Positions 1-5,866 of a DNA stretch of 17,384 nt are shown in pieces. The translations under genes were made by a program, and so were the position numbers. The stretch is from NCBI GenBank assembly GCA_050014695.1, contig JBEKCV010000088.1, forward strand, positions 1 to 17,384. Reading direction: 5' to 3'. Positions within the stretch are counted from its first letter, which is position 1. Each line of letters starts with the position of its first letter. The stretch is from Thermodesulfovibrionales bacterium (lineage in GTDB: Bacteria; Nitrospirota; Thermodesulfovibrionia; Thermodesulfovibrionales; UBA9159). Under the pieces are notes generated by a model. That model had not been told where the DNA came from, did no database searches, and worked only from the letters and a program-made list of their open reading frames with translations.

Positions 1-4
1 TTGA

Positions 5-256
5 TCATAGTCCTTGTAATGAACTCGCCGGGTTCGATCCCCTGGACATCGAATATTTCATCGCCAACAATCTTGATTTTTGAAATATCCTGCCCAGCCC
101 TTTTGCTGCCCACCTTAGCAAGGATATCCAGGAAGCGTTTCCTCTTTGCCTCATCAAGGCTCTTGTAAAGGCCCTCAAAAAATGATTAAAGTCCTCTTTC
201 TTGATGTACAAACCGCCCTCCTTTCTCTTGTTTAAAGCTTCAACGCCTAACGTCAC
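5..256 (-). CDS. Small basic hypothetical protein (83 aa), second gene of a two-gene coupled operon
   Basis: Minus-strand ORF whose GTG start overlaps the stop of the upstream ORF (GTGA, 253-256). The protein is Lys/Arg-rich and looks helical and protein-like, whereas the antisense ORF 280..603 is Cys/Leu/Ser-rich and not protein-like. No family recognised. Confidence 0.4.
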   Translation of the reverse strand: MTLGVEALNKRKEGGLYIKKEDFNHFLRAFTRALMRQRGNASWISLLRWAAKGLGRIFQKSRLLAMKYSMSRGSNPASSLQGL

Positions 257-534
257 ACCTTTCCAATTTCTTTGCTTTCGTGATCGAGGAACCGTCTACA
301 AAGTTCTCTCACCCGTTCTACTCGGATAAGCATCTCTTCCGTGACATGGACGAGTGTGATCCCCCGCCACTCTTCCCGACCAGAGGATGCGGCTTCAATC
401 AGCTTCAATGTCTCTCTGAGAAAGCCCAAATCCTGATTGATCTGATCCACTGCATCAAGAGAGTCCTGAGTCTCGTCTGCCAGGTCTCCACGTTGATTGT
501 CGTCCTTTCCTCTCTTTTTTCTGGTCATCACCAT
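253..534 (-). CDS. Small acidic/charged hypothetical protein (93 aa), first gene of a two-gene coupled operon
   Basis: Minus-strand ORF with a 4-bp start/stop overlap to the downstream gene. The residue composition is charged and helical. It is transcribed divergently from the HTH-Fic locus across an AT-rich intergenic region. Family not recognised; the layout resembles a toxin-antitoxin pair. Confidence 0.4.
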   Translation of the reverse strand: MVMTRKKRGKDDNQRGDLADETQDSLDAVDQINQDLGFLRETLKLIEAASSGREEWRGITLVHVTEEMLIRVERVRELCRRFLDHESKEIGKV

Positions 535-631
535 CTCCTTTCTTTAATATCCAGCATAAGAAGTTTTATTAAGCTTTTGGAGCCACTATTGATCTTTTTA
601 TGATCTTTTTTAGTTCTTTACTGAATATTCT

Positions 632-819
632 GATCTTATAGTGATACTTTAGTAGCATTAGAGAAAAGAGAGAAGGCATAGAAAGCACTGAGCATCTAAT
701 ATCATATAAAGCATTATTATTATCATATAACACATCATTAGATCTTTTAGTGATAATAATACCTAATCTTTTTGTGATTTATTTTCTTTTTTATTGCGCT
801 TTGGTATCTCTTAGTGATA
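632..819. promoter_or_regulatory. Three direct repeats of (G/T)ATCT(T/C)(T/A)TAGTGATA in the divergent promoter region; candidate operator sites of the XRE regulator
   Basis: The copies are gatcttatagtgata at 632-646, gatcttttagtgata at 741-755 and tatctcttagtgataa at 805-820. They lie in the AT-rich stretch between the 534<- operon and the ->858 HTH gene, and the last copy is about 40 bp upstream of the HTH start. Confidence 0.4.
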
Positions 820-857
820 AGATTTGGGCATCAAGCGACTGCGGGAAGGAGATCCGA

Positions 858-1091
858 GTGTTAATCGTGAATTTAAAGGCGTTGCTTGAAAGGAAGAGCG
901 CCATAGAGAAACGACGGGTCACTTTTAAAGTAGTCCAGCAGGAGACAGGCATCAAAGCCCTGACATTGTCCAGGATAGCGACAAACCACAATTATAATTT
1001 CAGCAGGAAGGATCTCGAGAAACTTCTAATCTACTTCAACTGCCAGCCAAATGACCTGCTTACTCTAATAAAAGAGGAAGAACAGAGTTGA
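858..1091 (+). CDS. XRE-family helix-turn-helix transcriptional regulator (Cro/C1-type), about 78 aa
   Basis: The track ORF is 750..1091, but its N-terminal 36 aa are hydrophobic low-complexity residues encoded by the AT-rich promoter region. An in-frame GTG at 858 follows a GGAAGGAG Shine-Dalgarno at 844-851. The HTH_XRE signature reads ...VTFKVVQQETGIKALTLSRIATNHNYNFSRKDLEKLLIYFNCQPNDLL. Confidence 0.6.
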   Translation: MLIVNLKALLERKSAIEKRRVTFKVVQQETGIKALTLSRIATNHNYNFSRKDLEKLLIYFNCQPNDLLTLIKEEEQS

Positions 1092-1158
1092 TCGAGCCTG
1101 TTTACGGCAGGGCTTACACTATGGAAAAAGAAGAGTTAACAAGAATTGAGAGGAGCGA

Positions 1159-2244
1159 ATGAAATTTGATCCTCTCAAACCATATAATGAACTCCCACTG
1201 CTTCCACCAAAAGAAGATATAGAGTCAAAAGCCATCCTTAAAAAGGCTGTTTCTGCAGGCCGGACTTTGGCTGAATTAAAGGGGCTCAGCGGAACGATTC
1301 CGAACCCGGCAATGCTGATCAATACAATTGTCCTTCAGGAAGCACAGTCGAGCTCCGAGATAGAGAATATTATTACAACAACGGATGCATTGTTCAAGGC
1401 GCTAACATCAAAGACAGCGCAAACGGATGTTGCGACAAAAGAGGTCCTTAGATATCGAGAGGCGCTTTCCCAGGGATACCGCACGCTCCGGAAAAGACCT
1501 CTCCTAACTACTAACCTTTTCATCAAGATTTATCAGACCATCAAGGAGAACCGGGCCGGAATCAGAAATGTCCCCGGGACGACGATCGCAAATGCCGCTA
1601 CGGGCGAGGTTGTCTATACGCCTCCCGTGGGAGAATCTATAATTAGGGACAAATTGAAAAACCTGGAAGACTATATTCATGGTGACGATCCTACCGATCC
1701 TCTGATCAAACTTGCTGTCATTCACTTTCAGTTTGAGGCCATCCATCCTTTTACTGACGGAAATGGCAGGACCGGCAGGATAATGAATATCCTCTATCTT
1801 GTTCTGAAGGATCTCCTTGATTTCCCGGTTTTGTATCTCAGTAAGTACATTATCGAAAACAAGAACGACTATTACCGCTTGCTCAGGAACGTCACTGAAC
1901 GCAGGGACTGGGAGCCGTGGATTCTCTTTACGCTTGATGCAGTGGAGCAAACCGCTTCGCATACCAAGAATAAGATAATTGCCATACGGGAGGTGCTTGA
2001 AAAGACACTGAAGTTCGCAAAGGACCATCTGCCTGCCAGGGTCTACTCAAAGGAGCTTGTGGAGTTGCTTTTTCGTCAACCATATACTAAAGGGCAGTTT
2101 CTTGTGGATGCCGGCGTTGCCGAAAGAAAGACTGCGGCAGAGTACTTGAAGGAATTAGAGAAGATAGGAATTCTCAAGGCCAAGAAGATGGGCAAAGAGA
2201 ATCTCTATCTAAATGTCAACCTCTACGATTTGCTATCAAAATAA
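1159..2244 (+). CDS. Fic family protein (AMPylase-type, class II with N-terminal inhibitory helix; C-terminal wHTH-like region)
   Basis: The Fic core motif HPFTDGNGRTGR, matching HxFx[DE]GNGRxxR, lies around nt 1744-1779. An N-terminal SSEIEN stretch matches the inhibitory (S/T)xxxE(G/N) motif of class II Fic proteins. A GAGAGGAG RBS sits at 1148-1155. At 361 aa the size is typical of SoFic-like proteins. Confidence 0.9.
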   Translation: MKFDPLKPYNELPLLPPKEDIESKAILKKAVSAGRTLAELKGLSGTIPNPAMLINTIVLQEAQSSSEIENIITTTDALFKALTSKTAQTDVATKEVLRYREALSQGYRTLRKRPLLTTNLFIKIYQTIKENRAGIRNVPGTTIANAATGEVVYTPPVGESIIRDKLKNLEDYIHGDDPTDPLIKLAVIHFQFEAIHPFTDGNGRTGRIMNILYLVLKDLLDFPVLYLSKYIIENKNDYYRLLRNVTERRDWEPWILFTLDAVEQTASHTKNKIIAIREVLEKTLKFAKDHLPARVYSKELVELLFRQPYTKGQFLVDAGVAERKTAAEYLKELEKIGILKAKKMGKENLYLNVNLYDLLSK

Positions 2245-2264
2245 CACGTCCATGACTTGGACAC

Positions 2265-2355
2265 GATTTATTTTCATGTCCATAAATCATACTTTTTTGG
2301 ACACGTTACTGGAATGTATCCATGACGTGGACACGAGAAAAAAATAGAGACAAGG
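2265..2355. repeat. Palindromic sites GTCCA-N5-TGGAC (x2, plus a degenerate third) with TGGACACG repeated three times, downstream of fic
   Basis: The sequences are gtccatgacttggacacg at 2267-2285 and atccatgacgtggacacg at 2337-2355. A third copy is split as GTCCA at 2297-2301 and TGGACACG at 2318-2325. The region is a convergent intergenic stretch between the fic stop and the phosphoesterase stop. Confidence 0.35.
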
Positions 2356-2413
2356 ATACGTAAAGATTGATTCCAAAAGGGAGTAGACCGTCATGTTTCA
2401 TTTAACACAATGC

Positions 2414-2445
2414 GTTGCATGGCATGATCACTCATGGGATGCAAC
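2414..2445. other. Nested hairpin (GTTGCAT/ATGCAAC outer stem, CATGA/TCATG inner stem)
   Basis: The outer and inner inverted repeats are read directly from the sequence. The hairpin sits between the convergent fic and phosphoesterase genes and could be a shared bidirectional terminator or a small RNA element. Confidence 0.3.
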
Positions 2446-2602
2446 TGTATGCCAAAAGCCCTCGTGCAATTCTTTTTGTATTGCTTTAGACAGAATTAGA
2501 GAAGAACGAAAGATTCTAAAGAAGATAAGATAGCTACATATCCGTGGAGATAGCATGACCGTTGAAGTTCCTAGGAGACAGTGTTTCCATCCAATGACAT
2601 CA

Positions 2603-4123
2603 TTATTTTTTCTGAACCCTTCTTAAATGAATCTTATCTTCCACTTCCTGAATGTAATCAGCGGCATCTTTTTGCCGAGTAATGTTTTCAAACCTGGCTT
2701 TAAGTGTCTGATGCTCTGCAGGGTCGGAAATCAGCAGGTTGCAAGCATGGGCCAATGCCAACTGGTTTTTCTGGAACCCGGAAAGGGGAAGTTCAGCAGG
2801 CGCGATTACGGGCCGTTCCACAACTGAATCAGGCGCTGGATCCGGTAAGTTTGTGATGGCTTCCGTAGATGTTAAGCGCGGCGTATCCAAGTTCAAGGCG
2901 ATATCAAGGGTATTGGCTTTCCCGTCCCGCTCGGTCAGTGATTGTAGGCCGAAAAGCTTACTCACTGTGGCCAGAATGGAAGTGTGGTCAAAGCGTGTGG
3001 CAGCGTTATTTGTATCCGTGCCGATCACTGCCCCCCTTTGGGTATAGGCCGAGACGACGACCGCCGGTACGCGCACCCCGAGGCGATTAAAAGCGAACGG
3101 ATGTTTCGGATTGGTGTAGCGGGTATCATCTCCGGTGGGCACCGCAACAGGCGGCGATACGTGGTCATAGAAGCCGCCATGTTCGTCAAAGGTGACGACA
3201 AGCATGACCTTATCCCACAATCCCGAATTTCGGATGGTTTCATACACTAGTTTAATAAGAAGTTCTCCCTTTCTGATGTCGTTAACCGGGTGCATGGAAT
3301 TGCCGTTCACGTAATTGTTACCCGTGTCATAATTTGGCTCTATGAACGTGTATTCTGGCAGGTCCCCAGACTCTACGTCATCTGCAAAGTCATCCATCCT
3401 GCGAAAATTCGTGGTAAAGGGGGTTATGAACTCAAGCCGCAGGCTATCGATCCCAGCACTCTGCGGCAGACCGTCATGATAGATACGCCATTCCTTTCTT
3501 GCATTGCTTAGCCTTTCGTAGACTGTCCCGTTCTGGAATGAAAATCCGGCAATAATTCTTTCATCATCAGGACTGTCGGTAAGACCGCCGGAGGTGGCCG
3601 CATGCACAAAAAACCGGTTGGGCCAAGTCGGCCCGGGCAGCGAAGAATGCCAGAAATTGAACAGGGCGAATTCCCGGATGAGAGCGGAAAGAACCGTCAC
3701 CTGCCCAGGCTGGAAGCATTCCATTATTCGTAATGCGTCTTTTTCTTGTTGTGCCGTGTGCAGGGCGCTGAAGAGGAAGCCGTTCATCGGTGCGGGGTCG
3801 GTCGGAGAATTCGGCGTTGGTGACGAATTGGCAGACGACAGGTTCTTAGGACCATAGAGTTGAAATTGGACGTCTGTGAACTCATGGCCAGGATCAAAAG
3901 GCATCGTGAAAGATGTGGCCTTACCGACCCTTTGTGGCGATAGGGAATTGTTCGGGTCCTGGTAATTGATCTCGCTTCCTGCAAGACCAAAGATGTTTGG
4001 ATTGTCCGCCCGCATAAAGCCTATGAGATGGTCAAAGGAACGGTTTTCAAGCATCAGGACAACGACGTGCTTGATCTTTTGGAAACTAGCCGCCACCGCC
4101 GGTAGGAATACTGCATTTGCCAT
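2603..4123 (-). CDS. Phosphoesterase family protein (phospholipase C / AcpA acid phosphatase family)
   Basis: The N-terminal signature HVVVLMLENRSFDHLIGF is typical of the phosphoesterase (PF04185-type) family, and further conserved stretches include HPVND and TFDEHGGFYDH. The track ORF begins at a GTG at 4180. An in-frame ATG at 4123 is preceded by AAGGAG at 4132-4137 with an 8-nt spacer and is the preferred start. No obvious signal peptide is present. Confidence 0.8.
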   Translation of the reverse strand: MANAVFLPAVAASFQKIKHVVVLMLENRSFDHLIGFMRADNPNIFGLAGSEINYQDPNNSLSPQRVGKATSFTMPFDPGHEFTDVQFQLYGPKNLSSANSSPTPNSPTDPAPMNGFLFSALHTAQQEKDALRIMECFQPGQVTVLSALIREFALFNFWHSSLPGPTWPNRFFVHAATSGGLTDSPDDERIIAGFSFQNGTVYERLSNARKEWRIYHDGLPQSAGIDSLRLEFITPFTTNFRRMDDFADDVESGDLPEYTFIEPNYDTGNNYVNGNSMHPVNDIRKGELLIKLVYETIRNSGLWDKVMLVVTFDEHGGFYDHVSPPVAVPTGDDTRYTNPKHPFAFNRLGVRVPAVVVSAYTQRGAVIGTDTNNAATRFDHTSILATVSKLFGLQSLTERDGKANTLDIALNLDTPRLTSTEAITNLPDPAPDSVVERPVIAPAELPLSGFQKNQLALAHACNLLISDPAEHQTLKARFENITRQKDAADYIQEVEDKIHLRRVQKK

Positions 4124-4307
4124 GACAACAACTCCTTTCAATATTGTGTCAAAGACTGTTCTGTTTTCACAAGCTGCCACTCCTGTGCTGAAGCATGGCT
4201 TTATCGAAGACGTCTTCTTCCCTTTAAGTCGTCACAAACATATTGCGATGCGAGTATCACTTCCTTTCTCCAGGTCCGAAGAGTTCATTTCGTTCTTCCT
4301 CCGAGGG

Positions 4308-4589
4308 CTATTTCGTTCCCGCTTTGGCTCCTAGATAGGCGCCGTTGCTCAGACCCATTAGGGCTACCAGGCCTGAAGTAATATAGGGCAGAGTCGCTTT
4401 TAGATTGCCGCCCGAATAATTTTCAATCAACATAACGGTGAAGACACCAAGCGAGACTATTGTCCAGATAAACATCTGTGTTCTTGGTAAGTCCAGGCTA
4501 TCGTCCGACTCGAAAAAGATGTCTTTTATGAAGTCAGGAGGGTCTCCTTTATTTGTCACGCCCTTGTGGGTGGCAATGGCTGTCGACAC
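4308..4589 (-). CDS. Small integral membrane protein (2 predicted TM helices), or the C-terminal half of a frameshifted 4-TM protein
   Basis: GTG start, with hydrophobic segments WTIVSLGVFTVMLI and ITSGLVALMGLSNGAYLG. The start lies 11 nt downstream of the preceding ORF's stop in a different frame. The same frame stays open upstream, reading YYPAESLSFDGVNLTSAVVS. Confidence 0.4.
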   Translation of the reverse strand: MSTAIATHKGVTNKGDPPDFIKDIFFESDDSLDLPRTQMFIWTIVSLGVFTVMLIENYSGGNLKATLPYITSGLVALMGLSNGAYLGAKAGTK

Positions 4590-4600
4590 AACGGCGGACG

Positions 4601-4891
4601 TCAGATTAACGCCATCAAAAGATAAAGATTCGGCGGGATAGTAGGAATTTCGCCGGCGGAGGCGAAGACCGCTACGAATCCTGTCACAATAAAGAAAGTC
4701 CAGAGATAGATCTGAAGACGAGATAAGCTGTAATTATCGTCTTCAGCTGTTATAATCAAGTCCATGAATTTCACTGTCCTCTTGCTTCCCGTTTGAACAG
4801 CTCTAAGCCTTGCTGACTTGACCAGATATCCCTGAAAGATGATTAAAAACAAGAATGTGAGAAAAGCTCCTAATAATCCCCGTGTCTCCAT
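4601..4891 (-). CDS. Small integral membrane protein (2 predicted TM helices); first gene of the membrane-protein/phosphoesterase operon
   Basis: The ATG at 4889-4891 (METRGLLGAFLTFLFLIIF...) is preceded by an AAGGGGGG Shine-Dalgarno, whereas the track ORF begins at an upstream GTG at 4915. It is on the same strand as, and directly upstream of, the 4308..4589 ORF and the phosphoesterase. Confidence 0.45.
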   Translation of the reverse strand: METRGLLGAFLTFLFLIIFQGYLVKSARLRAVQTGSKRTVKFMDLIITAEDDNYSLSRLQIYLWTFFIVTGFVAVFASAGEIPTIPPNLYLLMALI

Positions 4892-5205
4892 AGCAGCCCC
4901 CCTTGACGCTAACACATATTCTCAAGCGATAAGAACGCAGTTATCTCAGGCGCAACTTCGGTTTAAATAGTTTTGATTCCCTCCAGCATTGAGGAACCTC
5001 ATCCGTTATGCTAAGTTTATTCTTCGTTTGGCAGGCTGTCAATATTAGTTTTACTCTCCTTTATCTAAGCCACTGACTTTGTCAGTAGTGTGATGTTGGA
5101 ACGAAGACCCCACACCTTTGGCGAACCGTCGAGGAGTCTAAAGTTGCATGATAGGAGGCAGGACAGATTATCGTCGGTTGTTAGGCTCATGCAAGGTACG
5201 AATAA

Positions 5206-5238
5206 GCGTCATTCTGCTGTGAAGTTGCAGAATGACGC
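5206..5238. repeat. Perfect 12-bp inverted repeat GCGTCATTCTGC-N9-GCAGAATGACGC (strong hairpin)
   Basis: Read directly from the sequence at 5206-5217 and 5227-5238. There is no T-run on either side, so it is not a classical terminator. It lies about 270 bp 3' of the IS91-like transposase remnant. Confidence 0.6.
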
Positions 5239-5328
5239 ATGAAGAACGAAGCCGCTTCGCAGGATATGGATATTCAACTAAAACTTTCCGGTCTGTTCTC
5301 TAATGAATTGGATATTGTTTTGATGCTG

Positions 5329-5370
5329 TAGTACCACATTTGGACTGAAAGTAGTCCATTGAAGGTACTA
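5329..5370. other. Nested stem-loop (TAGTACC...GGTACTA enclosing GGACT-gaaagt-AGTCC)
   Basis: The inverted repeats are read directly from the sequence. The structure lies in a non-coding stretch between the membrane-protein operon and the transposase remnant. Confidence 0.35.
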
Positions 5371-5508
5371 TTACGAGGACGAAAGGAATCCGGCGAGGTG
5401 ATAGTCTGTAGAATGAGACGATTTTGGACAATAAGGAGGTGTGGCGAAAAAGTATGAGTTTTTCGCGGGGGCACTGAGACATGATCTTTGTGTTGTGCGT
5501 GGGGCTCA

Positions 5509-5742
5509 TCGGCATTGATCCGGAGGGCCATTGCATCGGGAAGGAGGCAAAACCTCAACGCTGATCATCTTGCCCTTCCTGCAGACGGGACAGAGGGTGA
5601 CATCAATACCACAGATTCTGAGCAACTGCTCCTGCCAGGTCTCGGGCTTGTCTTTTTCTTTTGTTATGATCTTGCAATCACCGAGAAGCGCACGGCATAA
5701 CGAGATATTGTCTTTCCGCCTTCGAGCAACATAATGAGAAGC
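5509..5742 (-). pseudogene. C-terminal remnant of an IS91-family (Y2 HUH rolling-circle) transposase
   Basis: The minus-strand open frame has no start codon: there is an in-frame stop at 5743-5745 upstream and a stop at 5506-5508. It encodes ...ETWQEQLLRICGIDVTLCPVCRKGKMISVEV..., which matches the conserved C-terminal ETW..LL.RVF..DV..CP.CGG.M block of IS91/ISCR transposases. About 300 N-terminal residues are missing. Confidence 0.45.
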
Positions 5743-5866
5743 CTAAGATATTTACTTGGACCAAGGACGCAGACACTATCCTTGCCAAAGTCGCTAAATA
5801 TAAAGAACTGTTAGGGACAGGACACTAGATGTCCTGGGATAAATATGATATGCTCCAAAGTAGAAG

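Noticed and set aside
280-603. Plus-strand 107-aa ORF antisense to the two small minus-strand genes
   Set aside because: Its composition is Cys/Leu/Ser/His-rich with runs of SLVCQVSTLIVVLSSLFSGHHH, which is not protein-like. The minus-strand pair shows start/stop coupling and sensible composition.
750-857. The first 36 codons of the track ORF 750..1091 (MIIIPNLFVIYFLFYCALVSLS...)
   Set aside because: They are encoded by AT-rich promoter DNA containing the operator-like repeats. An internal GTG at 858 with a strong GGAAGGAG Shine-Dalgarno gives a normal-sized XRE protein.
2627-4334. Multiple plus-strand ORFs (2627..2827, 2739..3047, 2869..3090, 2984..3250, 3290..3511, 3594..3857, 3966..4334) and minus ORFs 3025..3243, 3784..3990 inside the phosphoesterase gene
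   Set aside because: They are antisense or off-frame shadows of a long, well-supported CDS, with Arg/Pro/Ser-rich composition typical of the wrong frame in GC-richer coding DNA.
5274-5734. Short ORFs 5274..5558(-), 5300..5536(-), 5488..5700(+), 5531..5734(+)
   Set aside because: They lie in the non-coding, IS-remnant region. Only the start-less minus frame 5509-5742 shows a recognisable transposase motif, and the M-initiated ORFs have no RBS and no family resemblance.
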